Part shown: one piece after another, positions 1 to 8,510 of the stretch
Position numbering within the stretch: the first letter of the stretch is position 1
How the letters are laid out: the number at the start of each line of letters is the position of its first letter
From: a virus
Length of the DNA: 64,000 bases
IMG/VR virus record: IMGVR_UViG_3300034095_001343
Location: 32,001 to 96,000 of that record
Direction: 5' to 3' (one strand)
Translations under genes and position numbers: made by a program
The notes under the pieces: model-generated
What the model saw: the letters and a program-made list of their open reading frames with translations, nothing else
What the model was told of the DNA's origin: nothing
Database searches by the model: none

Positions 1-189
1 TTTTGTAGAGCAGTAAACAGTAATGACCGTGAAGAAATCATTGATGCAATGGGGGATATCATGGTTACTTTAATTATTCAGGCTAAAATGCAGAATCTTA
101 AATTAGAGGAATGCCTTGAGTCTGCCTATAATGTTATCAGTAAACGTACTGGTGTTATGAAAAACGGACAATTTCATAAGGATAATTAA
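1..189 (+). CDS. MazG-like nucleotide pyrophosphohydrolase, 3' part (5' end outside window)
   Basis: Frame 1 is open from base 1 to TAA at 187-189: ...DREEIIDAMGDIMVTLIIQAKMQNLKLEECLESAYNVISKRTGVMKNGQFHKDN. The D-A-x-G-D, AYNxIxxRxG and GxFxK pattern is typical of phage MazG-like proteins. Not in the ORF track. Confidence 0.8.
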   Translation, partial: FCRAVNSNDREEIIDAMGDIMVTLIIQAKMQNLKLEECLESAYNVISKRTGVMKNGQFHKDN

Positions 190-206
190 TTTTTGTTTAA
201 TAAATA

Positions 207-217
207 TTGTATATTTG
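207..217 (+). promoter_or_regulatory. Bacteroidota-type -7 promoter element (TAnnTTTG) upstream of HNH gene
   Basis: TTGTATATTTG contains TATATTTG (210-217), 22 nt before ATG 240. A TTTG lies at 192-195, closer than the canonical spacing. Confidence 0.5.
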
Positions 218-239
218 TAAAATCTTAAACATTTAAATT

Positions 240-869
240 ATGGGAAAAACAAATAAACAATGTATGATTGGTAAAAAATATGGTATACTAACAGTTATAT
301 CTGAAATTGAAACCAGAAACAAAAATGGTCACATATTGTATAATGTACAGTGTGACTGTGGAAAAGAAAAACAAGTTTTAGGTGCATCATTAAGAAGTGG
401 TGCATCTAGAAGTTGTAATAAATGTTCACTTCTAACAGGATCACATGGTATGTGGAAGTCTAGAGAATTTTCAATATGGCAATCTATGAAAGACAGATGT
501 TATAATTCTAACAATCCTCGTTATAAAAACTATGGAGGAAGAGGAATTATTATCTGTGATAAATGGAAAGATTCATTTAGTAATTTTTATTTAGATATGG
601 GAGAATCAAAAGATTTAACTATAGATAGAATAGATGTAAATGGAAATTATGATCCTAATAATTGTAGATGGGCTACACCAAAGATTCAAGCTAGAAATAG
701 AACTAATAACAAAGTATATACGTACTTACAAGAAACTTTATGTATGTCAGAGTGGTGTGAAAAATTAAATATTTCAACCTCAACATTTAATAATAGAATT
801 CTTAGAGGATGGTCTATAGAAAAAATAGTAAATACACCAATTAATATTAAAAATAGAAAAATAAATTAA
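240..869 (+). CDS. HNH-family homing endonuclease (free-standing)
   Basis: N-terminal GKKYGILTV...CDCG...SC module, WQSMKDRC...YGGRGI..C..W, HNH-like TIDRIDVNGNYDPNNCRWAT..Q..N, and a C-terminal HTH-like SEWCEKLNI. Confidence 0.85.
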   Translation: MGKTNKQCMIGKKYGILTVISEIETRNKNGHILYNVQCDCGKEKQVLGASLRSGASRSCNKCSLLTGSHGMWKSREFSIWQSMKDRCYNSNNPRYKNYGGRGIIICDKWKDSFSNFYLDMGESKDLTIDRIDVNGNYDPNNCRWATPKIQARNRTNNKVYTYLQETLCMSEWCEKLNISTSTFNNRILRGWSIEKIVNTPINIKNRKIN

Positions 870-871
870 TT

Positions 872-1174
872 ATGAAATATAGAAAGAAACCAGTAGTAAT
901 TGAAGCAATTCAATATAATGGAATGAACTCAGCTGAAATAGCTGAATTTATGGGTGTTATGATTAGAACTAAAACAGTTCCTTTAGAAGGAACTCCTTCT
1001 GGTAAAGTTACAATAGAAACATTAGAAGGAACTATGACTGCCTCAGAAAATGATTATATCATCAAAGGAGTCCAAGGAGAATATTATCCATGTAAACCAG
1101 ACATCTTTGAATTGACTTATGAAAAAGTAGAAGATAATCTAATAAATGGACAATTTGTAAAAGATGTCAAATAA
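872..1174 (+). CDS. Conserved phage protein (YRKKPVVIEA...GDYII...YPCKPDIF family)
   Basis: Widespread phage family motifs KYRKKPVVIEA, TLEG, DYIIKGVQGEYYPCKPDIF..TYE. Carries an extra MazG-like tail (see findings). Confidence 0.75.
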   Translation: MKYRKKPVVIEAIQYNGMNSAEIAEFMGVMIRTKTVPLEGTPSGKVTIETLEGTMTASENDYIIKGVQGEYYPCKPDIFELTYEKVEDNLINGQFVKDVK

Positions 1175-1559
1175 TCAGCAATTAGTTTACAACTCTGTTA
1201 CATGTCAAGAGTGTGATGAAACAATCGTAAGTTATCATAGACATGACTATAAAACCTGTTCATGCCCTAATCAAGCAACGGTAGACGGAGGTACAGATTA
1301 TTTAAGATATGGTGCAAAAGACATGAGTAAAATCAAAATCTTTGCAGTATATGATGATGATCCGTATGAAACTGTCAGACAGTATGCTACACGCGGTAGC
1401 AGAGGAACAGATGGTAAGCAGCCACTTAAATGGATTCCATTATCTGAAATGGAAGATGATCACTTAGAAGCTGTTTTAGATTATGGTGGTGCTGAATGGC
1501 ACATAAATCTTATTAGGAAAGAGATTCAATATAGAAAAGAAAATGGAATTACAATCTAA
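1164..1559 (+). CDS. Zn-ribbon phage protein (DUF7695-like)
   Basis: CxxC...S.HRHDY..CxC....VDGG..Y.R motif. Confidence 0.7.
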   Translation: MSNNQQLVYNSVTCQECDETIVSYHRHDYKTCSCPNQATVDGGTDYLRYGAKDMSKIKIFAVYDDDPYETVRQYATRGSRGTDGKQPLKWIPLSEMEDDHLEAVLDYGGAEWHINLIRKEIQYRKENGITI

Positions 1560-1884
1560 AAAGCTTAGTAATCATGAAGTAGCCACAGGTTTAGCAATGG
1601 TGGGTATTTCTGTATCTAAAAATGTAGCTGGTCTAATTCAAGATACAATACACGCCTTGATTGATCAGGGTGATCAGTTTGATTTAAACACTGCAGTAAG
1701 TATTCAGTCTAATTATAATTCTGATGAGACCGTTATAGGAGAGTTAAATGCTCAATATAGAGTACTTAGTGAGTTATATAGTCCCAAAAGTAAACATAAG
1801 ACTCAGATCAATATTGGTTTACTTTTGAATGATATTCTAAAACAAATTGAAAATATTAATAAAAATGAAACAGATAAAACGTAG
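1543..1884 (+). CDS. Hypothetical protein
   Basis: 113-aa ORF overlapping both neighbours in an operon-like arrangement. Confidence 0.6.
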   Translation: MELQSKKLSNHEVATGLAMVGISVSKNVAGLIQDTIHALIDQGDQFDLNTAVSIQSNYNSDETVIGELNAQYRVLSELYSPKSKHKTQINIGLLLNDILKQIENINKNETDKT

Positions 1885-2107
1885 AAACCTAAGTGGTGTT
1901 TACATCTTCCATAAATTTGAAGATGAAGAAAGTAGAGAACCAACTTGCTTTGAAGATTGCCCTGAAGAAAAACAAGATGAATGGTTAAATTCTCTTGATC
2001 CAGAATCAGTAAAAAATCTAGCCAAACATCTATCTGGAACATTAAGAAAATTAGGTGATCACTTTGACATTTTAGTTGGTGAAGAAGATGAACTTGATAG
2101 GGATTAG
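1865..2107 (+). CDS. Hypothetical protein
   Basis: Start moved to ATG 1865 (MKQIKRRNLSG), which has an A-rich upstream context. Contains a CFEDC motif. Confidence 0.6.
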   Translation: MKQIKRRNLSGVYIFHKFEDEESREPTCFEDCPEEKQDEWLNSLDPESVKNLAKHLSGTLRKLGDHFDILVGEEDELDRD

Positions 2108-2786
2108 TGGTAAAGCGGGTTCTGGGAAAGATACAACCGGTGAAATAATTCAAAAACTGTGTCTTAGTAATAAAGGTCCGCAATTTGAAATTAAAAAGTT
2201 TGCTGGCAAACTAAAACAAACAGCATCTCTTCTTACAGGTATACCTATAGAAAAGTTTGAAGATCAAGAATTTAAAAAAACAATTCTTGGATCTGAGTGG
2301 GGCAAACCTACTAAACAAAATCCTTTAAATGCAATTGAACCTTTTAAAGATATCACCTTTGTTGAGATGATGTCTGTAAGAGATCTATTACAAAAACTAG
2401 GAACTGAAGCTATGAGAAATGGTCTTCATGAAAATACTTGGGTAAATGCTTTGTTTGCTGATTATGAAGAAAAATTTGCTAATAAAGGTATTGGTGGATT
2501 TCATGATCCTATAACATATAAAAGATCATTAGGTTTTCCTAATTGGATTATCACTGATGTTAGATTTCCAAATGAATTTAAAGCAATCAAAGAAAAAGGT
2601 GGTATTGTAATTAGAGTTAACCGTCCTGGCCATAGTAATTCTATGAAAGAACTTGCTGAAGCTCATCCAAGTGAAACAGCTTTAGATGGACATGACTTTG
2701 ATTATGTTATTGAAAATGATGGCAATCTTGAGAAACTCATTGACAAAGTAAAGAAGATTTTATTAACTGAAAATATTATCAAGTAA
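2088..2786 (+). CDS. Deoxynucleoside monophosphate kinase (T4 gp1-like)
   Basis: P-loop IGISGKAGSGKDT, FAGKLK, RDLLQKLGTE, IITDVRFPNE and HPSE motifs. Start placed at ATG 2088. Confidence 0.9.
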   Translation: MNLIGISGKAGSGKDTTGEIIQKLCLSNKGPQFEIKKFAGKLKQTASLLTGIPIEKFEDQEFKKTILGSEWGKPTKQNPLNAIEPFKDITFVEMMSVRDLLQKLGTEAMRNGLHENTWVNALFADYEEKFANKGIGGFHDPITYKRSLGFPNWIITDVRFPNEFKAIKEKGGIVIRVNRPGHSNSMKELAEAHPSETALDGHDFDYVIENDGNLEKLIDKVKKILLTENIIK

Positions 2787-3211
2787 TGACATTCAATATT
2801 GATTTTGATGGAACAGTTGTAACACACGACTTTCCACGTGTAGGTAAAGATATAGGAGCAGTACCAGTACTTAAAAAACTAGTTGCTGCAGGTCATCATT
2901 TGATTTTATTTACAATGAGAGATGATAGATTAGAAAAGAATGATCCAGGAGATCCTTTAATACAAGATGTTACAGGTACATTTTTGACCGATGCTGTTAA
3001 CTGGTTTAAAGAAAATGATATCCCTTTATATGGAATCCAAACAAATCCAACACAAAAGAACTGGACTAATAGTCCTAAGTCTTTTGCAGAAGTTATGATT
3101 GATGATTCGGCTTTAGGGTGTCCTTTAAAGTATAATCCTGAACTTTCTTATAGAGCCTTTGTAGATTGGGTTAAAATTGAAAAATTACTAATTGAAAGAA
3201 AACTTATCTAA
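2786..3211 (+). CDS. HAD-superfamily phosphatase (BT0820-like)
   Basis: IDFDGT motif I, LFTMR motif II, K...IDD motifs III/IV. Confidence 0.85.
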   Translation: MTFNIDFDGTVVTHDFPRVGKDIGAVPVLKKLVAAGHHLILFTMRDDRLEKNDPGDPLIQDVTGTFLTDAVNWFKENDIPLYGIQTNPTQKNWTNSPKSFAEVMIDDSALGCPLKYNPELSYRAFVDWVKIEKLLIERKLI

Positions 3212-3865
3212 ATGAAAAGTAATAACAAAAAAAGTAAATTTTATAAAGTACCTACACTCAAACAACGTTTAGAAGATCTGAAATATTTCTTTTTATTCTG
3301 GAGAGGACGTAATAAAGGTATGGTCTATACTCGTAATATTAAATTAGATGACTTTAGATACATCTTTTTTGCTAAAAGGTTTGAGAAATATGGTTATTTA
3401 GGAACAGATCTTTATGATACAGTAGGTGTTTATTTTAAGGCATTATACCCATTAGTATTAGCTATGGATTATGAAGCTAAACCTAAATTCTGTCCAAGAT
3501 GGTTTCTTAGATTTTTACATGTGTTCGGTAGTGACAGATCCATTGTAAGAGTCCGCAACTGGACTTTACATAACTTGCTACGTAAACTAACTAGAGGTAT
3601 TGCTTTTATTGACTGGAAGACTAAGTGGGAAAATTATGACCTACGGATTTCTATTCATGGACCTCAACATCTGCAAAACTTAGCTGATGACATAGAACAC
3701 GGCTTTTATTCTAGAGGTAAACAGCAAGATTTAGTAGATAAGATTAAAAAAATAGATCCTAATGCATCTATTGTCTGGGGAAGTATTGATAAGTTAGAAA
3801 AGCAACTAGAGACTTTAAACAGAGAAACTGATTATGATAATTATTGGCATAATGAAGACATTTAA
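3212..3865 (+). CDS. Hypothetical phage protein
   Basis: 217-aa ORF starting immediately after the previous stop. No function recognised. Confidence 0.65.
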   Translation: MKSNNKKSKFYKVPTLKQRLEDLKYFFLFWRGRNKGMVYTRNIKLDDFRYIFFAKRFEKYGYLGTDLYDTVGVYFKALYPLVLAMDYEAKPKFCPRWFLRFLHVFGSDRSIVRVRNWTLHNLLRKLTRGIAFIDWKTKWENYDLRISIHGPQHLQNLADDIEHGFYSRGKQQDLVDKIKKIDPNASIVWGSIDKLEKQLETLNRETDYDNYWHNEDI

Positions 3866-4031
3866 TATAAACTTTTATAACTTCTTTCAAAAAAAACAAG
3901 GACAGAGACAATACCCGTATGTGTATTTTTATCCAATCCCTCTATTTGCAATTTCAAAGACAAAACCAAAAGAATTAAAAGTTCATTTAGGCTGGCTTTA
4001 TTTTACAGTGCTATTTACTTATAACAAATGA
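3852..4031 (+). CDS. Small hypothetical protein with aromatic beta-hairpin-like C-terminus
   Basis: ATG 3852 (MKTFNINF...). Ends VHLGWLYFTVLFTYNK. Confidence 0.5.
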   Translation: MKTFNINFYNFFQKKQGQRQYPYVYFYPIPLFAISKTKPKELKVHLGWLYFTVLFTYNK

Positions 4032-4103
4032 CAAAATCAGATTTATTTAAATTTGTCTGTTTGAGTTCTAATTACTATATTTACACAATAAAAGTTTAAA
4101 CCA

Positions 4104-4952
4104 ATGGGATACAAAAAACCAACAGAAGTCTCTAGAAATATTCTAGAATCAGCATGTCTGCCTAATCACGCAGACTCTTACACAGTTATATCACATAAAT
4201 TTGTGATAGATAACACAATCAAGCTCTTAAATGATAGTGGTTTTAGAATCACTAAAGAATTTTACAGAGCTAATCAAGAAGCAAATGTTGCACAGGGCAT
4301 ATATCATATTATTCCAGCAACACTTGACTCAACAATAAATAATGAATCAGAATTAGGAATGATGTTTGCCTGGACTAATTCATATGATAAATCTATTAGA
4401 TTCCAATGTTCTATTGGTGCATATGTAATGGTTTGTTATAATGGTATGGTTTGTGGTGAAATAGATTTTGCTAGAAAACATACAGGAAATGCTGATTCAG
4501 ATATTATTTCACAAATTTCAAGTCAAATTAAAAATGCAGAAAAGACTTTTAAAAGTATTTTAGCAGATAAAGAAAATCTTAAAAAAGTTAGTCTATCTAA
4601 AAAAAGACAGGCAGAACTAATAGGTAGACTTTATTATGAGGAAGAATTACTTGAACCAACGCAGCTTACAATAATAAAATCTGAGATGGAAAAAGCTAGT
4701 TTTAATTATAATGTTAGTCAAGATAATGCTTGGGCTTTTTATAATCATGTTACACATGCCTTTAAAAAGACTCATCCTCGTACTTGGTTAGCAAATACAA
4801 AAAAATTTCATAATTTTATTACAGTTGAATTTTTAAACAATAATAATTTTAATTACAATGATACAATTCAAATTGCAGACTTTGATATAGTAACTGATGA
4901 TTATCATATTAATGTAGATATAGAAGCTAATCTTTCTAGTATTGAATATTAA
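4104..4952 (+). CDS. DUF932/DUF945-family phage protein
   Basis: Y..I.H, NSYDKS..F, G....VC.NG, RKHTG and AWAFYN..T motifs. Confidence 0.75.
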   Translation: MGYKKPTEVSRNILESACLPNHADSYTVISHKFVIDNTIKLLNDSGFRITKEFYRANQEANVAQGIYHIIPATLDSTINNESELGMMFAWTNSYDKSIRFQCSIGAYVMVCYNGMVCGEIDFARKHTGNADSDIISQISSQIKNAEKTFKSILADKENLKKVSLSKKRQAELIGRLYYEEELLEPTQLTIIKSEMEKASFNYNVSQDNAWAFYNHVTHAFKKTHPRTWLANTKKFHNFITVEFLNNNNFNYNDTIQIADFDIVTDDYHINVDIEANLSSIEY

Positions 4953-4963
4953 AATAATCAACT

Positions 4964-5047
4964 GTGTCAATATGGATTATTATAAATCTAGTTATTGGAA
5001 TTTTAATAATTAAAATTTTATTAAAAAATAAAAACAGGTTCAATTAG
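4964..5047 (+). CDS. Possible 27-aa single-TM peptide
   Basis: GTG start, (M)SIWIIINLVIGILIIKILLKNKNRFN: a hydrophobic helix with a basic tail. Below the ORF-track cutoff, and could be chance in AT-rich DNA. Confidence 0.3.
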   Translation: MSIWIIINLVIGILIIKILLKNKNRFN

Positions 5048-5057
5048 GTTAAACAAA

Positions 5058-5105
5058 TAGGGAAAACCAACTGGAATAGTTTACCTGTTCTATTCCACTT
5101 CCCTA
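5058..5105 (+). terminator. Intergenic stem-loop (terminator or processing site)
   Basis: Outer stem TAGGGAA (5058-5064)/TTCCCTA (5099-5105) and inner stem TGGAATAG (5072-5079)/CTATTCCA (5090-5097). The U-tract is weak. Confidence 0.5.
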
Positions 5106-5123
5106 ATTTAATAAATCAAAAAA

Positions 5124-5408
5124 ATGAAAAAAGAAGATAAGATAAGTAAAATTATGATGAATATATATTATGAACTTTATGCTGCAGCAACTCCTTCTAT
5201 TGATTTTGAATTATTAATGGAAAAATCTCCTAGAAATGAAAAAGGTCAGATTATTATACCTTATGATGATTATGAAATTGAAGAAAGTATCTATAATGAA
5301 ATAATTAAAAATATAATTAATGCAACAAAATTAACAAAATATCAAAAAGATGCAATAATTAAAAGTATTTACTTAGGTTGTTCTCCTAGATTTAAAAAAA
5401 TAGATTAA
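5124..5408 (+). CDS. Hypothetical protein
   Basis: 94-aa ORF, last gene of the + block. Its TAA overlaps the TAA of the convergent gene (TTAA 5405-5408). Confidence 0.65.
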   Translation: MKKEDKISKIMMNIYYELYAAATPSIDFELLMEKSPRNEKGQIIIPYDDYEIEESIYNEIIKNIINATKLTKYQKDAIIKSIYLGCSPRFKKID

Positions 5409-5710
5409 CCTTTCTTCCATTTCTTACTAGAAGATGCCGTCTTACTTGGACTCCATTTTACTTTGTCTGACCAATAAGCTGCTGACATCTTTCCTTTTGA
5501 AATGTTCTTTCCATGCCTAGACTTAAAAGCTTCTCTCTGACCTACAGTTTGGTTAGTCTTAACCCCCTGTTGTCCAAATCTAATAGTTTTAGTTGTATCA
5601 CCTTCCTTAGCTACAACAATATGTGACTTAGTAGGATGTGATGGTGTACGTTTGGGTTGATTATACCCGGATACACCGGCTTTTTCTAATCTTGAATCTT
5701 TCTTTTTCAT
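5405..5710 (-). CDS. Small Lys-rich phage protein (KTIRFGQQG...FKSRH...SAAYWS..VKW family)
   Basis: Highly basic. The IRFGQQG, FxxRH and AAYWSxKxKW motifs recur in aquatic phage late regions. Confidence 0.7.
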   Translation of the reverse strand: MKKKDSRLEKAGVSGYNQPKRTPSHPTKSHIVVAKEGDTTKTIRFGQQGVKTNQTVGQREAFKSRHGKNISKGKMSAAYWSDKVKWSPSKTASSSKKWKKG

Positions 5711-5711
5711 A

Positions 5712-5825
5712 TTACATTAGTTCAATAACATGGTATTCATTGCATATCTTCTGTCTTTGTTTCTTGGTTACAATACAAGAAGTAAAAAGAATAGATAGAG
5801 CTAATGTGACTATTAGTTTTTTCAT
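5712..5825 (-). CDS. 37-aa lipoprotein, short paralog of the spanin N-terminus
   Basis: MKKLIVTLALSILFTSCIVTKKQRQKICNEYHVIELM has a signal peptide II with lipobox LFTSC. Its ATG overlaps the TGA of the upstream gene. Not in the ORF track. Confidence 0.6.
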   Translation of the reverse strand: MKKLIVTLALSILFTSCIVTKKQRQKICNEYHVIELM

Positions 5826-7162
5826 CGGCTTACTTCTTCCCAGTCTATAGAGGCATAAGCACTTTCACCACCAGAAGTTGTTGCTACAGCTACTTCAAAT
5901 GTTAGTTCATAAGCTACACCAGTAAAAGGATTTCTTTCTAATTGGTTAGCAAAAAGAGCCTGTTTTAATATATCAAGAGAAGGAGAGCCTTGATTAGAAG
6001 AATTAATATATCCACTAGCTAAAATCCTACCTCCTGTTACACTAGTTCCTGTAAGGTTATATTCTACAGAGGAATCACCTGGAGCATTAAACCAAGTTCC
6101 ACCAGAAGTTATAGCTCCGTTCACTACTCTCCATTGGTAGTTTTTACCATTGCCTGTTCCTAAGAAAGAAATAGCAGTTGCAATAATAATAGCATCAAGT
6201 CTAGTAGATTGTAACCTAATAGTTAATATAGGGTAATATGTACCAGCTACAGCAAAAGTTCTAGGTGCAGTAATAGGAACACCAATTGCTTGTTGTGCTC
6301 CTCTAAGTTCGTAACCTCCTTCTGAGATTACAGTAGAACAGATTTGCTTAAATGTAGAAGAACCGGTGGTACCTGCTGTATTAAATATCTCATAACAGAT
6401 AGGAAGAGAAGCAGTAGTAATATAAGTACTAGTAATTAAATTGGCGTGATGGAAAGTATGACAAACAATAAACTGTCCGTTAATTACAAATCCCATTCTA
6501 ACTGAACCAACACCTAACCACTCAAAGTCAGCCCATAAGATTTGAGCTTTAGTTAAATCTAAAGTAAGTCCTGAAGGACCAGTACCGTTTAACTTATCTC
6601 CATTCCAAGCAGACTGTACAACAGGAGTATTTACAACAGCTCCTGTTACAGAAGACCTTTCTACTAATTGAACTGTGGTTCCTACTTGTTCTAAATAATA
6701 ACCATTACTAGTTCCAAAGTATCCAACACGTTGAGTAAGTCCTGCTTTAGCAGAACTCATTACAAATGTATTAAGAACTAAAAGAGATTTACCAGGCTGA
6801 TAAGAGAAAACTTTAATAGTCTCTCTAAGTACTGAAGAACCTGAAGCTGCTGTTACGTTTAAGTCAATAAGTCCTTCGTTAGCATTAAACACTGAAGTAC
6901 CTCCAGTAGCAGTAGAAGTAGCCCAGAGTCCGTTATCATCAAATCTATGGCTTGAATCAAATAAAGTAAAAGGAGAAGATGTTCTCAGTCTGCCAAAAGA
7001 ATCCAAATAAGTTGGGTTAAATGAAATAGCTTCTGTAGTTTGGTTATTAATACTTGTATCAATATCAACTAGTTTCTTAAGCATTTCATAATGCCAAGTA
7101 TACCATTCTGGATGTTGACCATAACCATCTAGGTAGAATCTTCTTTTTGGATCAAGTGTCAT
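5822..7162 (-). CDS. Beta-rich putative virion protein (DxFGRLR...LFDS family)
   Basis: Thr/Gly/Ser-rich 446 aa with DSFGRLRTSSPFTLFDS, YQPGKS and WLGVG motifs, seen in phage structural regions. Confidence 0.6.
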   Translation of the reverse strand: MTLDPKRRFYLDGYGQHPEWYTWHYEMLKKLVDIDTSINNQTTEAISFNPTYLDSFGRLRTSSPFTLFDSSHRFDDNGLWATSTATGGTSVFNANEGLIDLNVTAASGSSVLRETIKVFSYQPGKSLLVLNTFVMSSAKAGLTQRVGYFGTSNGYYLEQVGTTVQLVERSSVTGAVVNTPVVQSAWNGDKLNGTGPSGLTLDLTKAQILWADFEWLGVGSVRMGFVINGQFIVCHTFHHANLITSTYITTASLPICYEIFNTAGTTGSSTFKQICSTVISEGGYELRGAQQAIGVPITAPRTFAVAGTYYPILTIRLQSTRLDAIIIATAISFLGTGNGKNYQWRVVNGAITSGGTWFNAPGDSSVEYNLTGTSVTGGRILASGYINSSNQGSPSLDILKQALFANQLERNPFTGVAYELTFEVAVATTSGGESAYASIDWEEVSR

Positions 7163-7335
7163 TACTTTTTATTAATTTTATTTTGTACTTTCTTTGGAAG
7201 CTCTTTTAAATGAAAAAGATCCACACTTGATTTAGTATGAGTTTTTCCCGTCATAATTCTACCACTACTATCTTTATGAGTATTCTTCCCTTTATAAAGA
7301 GTTCCATCTTTTTTATAATGTGGTACACCTTTCAT
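7162..7335 (-). CDS. 57-aa basic His/Lys-rich protein
   Basis: MKGVPHYKKDGTLYKGKNTHKDSSGRIMTGKTHTKSSVDLFHLKELPKKVQNKINKK. ATGA and TAATG overlaps couple it to both neighbours. Not in the ORF track. Confidence 0.75.
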   Translation of the reverse strand: MKGVPHYKKDGTLYKGKNTHKDSSGRIMTGKTHTKSSVDLFHLKELPKKVQNKINKK

Positions 7336-7574
7336 CTTTTTTTACCTTTATGTAATCCATGACTAGCAAATTGCTTTCCACTTTTACTAGCCTCTCTTTT
7401 TTTAGCATTAGCAGTTGCAAGTTTTTGTCTACCTGCAGAAGTGCTTTTTAATTTAGAAATAGTTGCAGAAGGAGCATATACCTCACCCGTTTCACCAGAA
7501 GGTTTACCAGAAGGAGTTCTCCATTTTTGTTTGGTCCATCTGTCTAGACTCTTTTGTGGTGCCGCTTTTCCCAT
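7332..7574 (-). CDS. Small basic protein resembling the C-terminal half of DUF5872
   Basis: QKSLDRWTKQKWRT.SGK...GEVY.P...N.KKR...GKQF. Confidence 0.65.
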   Translation of the reverse strand: MGKAAPQKSLDRWTKQKWRTPSGKPSGETGEVYAPSATISKLKSTSAGRQKLATANAKKREASKSGKQFASHGLHKGKKR

Positions 7575-7813
7575 TACTTCATTTTACTTGAAGCAATACT
7601 ATTAAGTTCTTTTACTTTTTCAACTGCCATTTTTTTGACATCTGCCATAAGTTTAGAATCTTTTTGAATCTCAACAGCTCTTTGCAGAGTACTCATTGCA
7701 GATTCAATTTCCCATTTTCTTTGTTCTGCTTTACCACCAAAAAGGGAAATACCAACTGAAGAACTTTTCTTAGTTGGTGTTGATTTTTTAGTTGTTGATT
7801 TTTTAGTTGCCAT
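7574..7813 (-). CDS. Small basic helical phage protein
   Basis: Lys/Ser/Thr-rich N-tail followed by KWEIESAMSTLQRAVEIQKD. TAATG coupling at both ends. Confidence 0.65.
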   Translation of the reverse strand: MATKKSTTKKSTPTKKSSSVGISLFGGKAEQRKWEIESAMSTLQRAVEIQKDSKLMADVKKMAVEKVKELNSIASSKMK

Positions 7814-8076
7814 TACTTCTTAGTTTTATAAGTAAGAGCTTTAGTTTTAATAGCTCCACCCATTTTCTTTTTTTCAGATAATCTGATTTTGCGGTCTTCA
7901 ACTTTAGCTGCTCTACCTAAAAGTCTATCAGCTTTTTTATCTCTACCTTCATCTACAGCTTTATTTCCTTTACTAACAAGCTCATTTTCTTTTTTTTGCA
8001 GTCTTGCTATTTTTTTTATAGGATTTTTTGCACTATCAGACATTCCACCCATTTGCATTTTTTTTATTGTTTTCAT
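7813..8076 (-). CDS. Small Lys-rich protein with two MxMGG/KKMGG motifs
   Basis: KKMQMGG near the N-terminus and KKKMGG near the C-terminus flank a charged helix. Confidence 0.7.
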   Translation of the reverse strand: MKTIKKMQMGGMSDSAKNPIKKIARLQKKENELVSKGNKAVDEGRDKKADRLLGRAAKVEDRKIRLSEKKKMGGAIKTKALTYKTKK

Positions 8077-8104
8077 AATTTTTTAGTAATTTTTCTTATG
8101 ATTA

Positions 8105-8290
8105 TTATTTTTTAGTTTTATATCCGCCACCAGCGGCTTTATACTCTTTTGCAAGCATTTGTGCTTTTCTAGCAGACCATTGTCCTGGATTACCACCTTT
8201 AGAACCAGATTTGATCTTTTCAAATAAAGATTTTCTCATACCCGGTTTAGTATAATTACCTGCTTCGTTTACTTTACTTTTAGATTGCAT
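8105..8290 (-). CDS. Small basic protein resembling the N-terminal half of DUF5872
   Basis: NYTKP..R..LF..IK.G.KGG.PGQWSARKAQMLAKEYK..GGGY. Confidence 0.7.
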   Translation of the reverse strand: MQSKSKVNEAGNYTKPGMRKSLFEKIKSGSKGGNPGQWSARKAQMLAKEYKAAGGGYKTKK

Positions 8291-8510
8291 TGTTTCCTAC
8301 TTTAAATAAACCAAGAGTAATACCTTCTAATAAGGAATTTTTAGCCCATAAAAATACCCAACCTAATAATGATATAGGTATAATTGTAGACCAAGCAGCA
8401 AAATCTTTCTCATGAAATAAATTCATAACAATCATTATTAATGATCCAATCAAAAATAATACACCAATAAAAGTTGTTATACCCTCTCTTAATCTATGCT
8501 TTGCTGTCAT
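8280..8510 (-). CDS. Two-TM membrane protein, holin candidate
   Basis: Two hydrophobic helices in 76 aa, directly downstream of the spanin candidate. Confidence 0.5.
   Translation of the reverse strand: MTAKHRLREGITTFIGVLFLIGSLIMIVMNLFHEKDFAAWSTIIPISLLGWVFLWAKNSLLEGITLGLFKVGNNAI

Noticed and set aside
1803-2183. Minus-strand 126-aa ORF, and similarly 5638-5850, 7889-8086, 10284-12968, 13497-13685, 14554-14763, 18519-18740, 63739-63954
   Set aside because: They overlap better-supported genes on the opposite strand and have no recognisable features.
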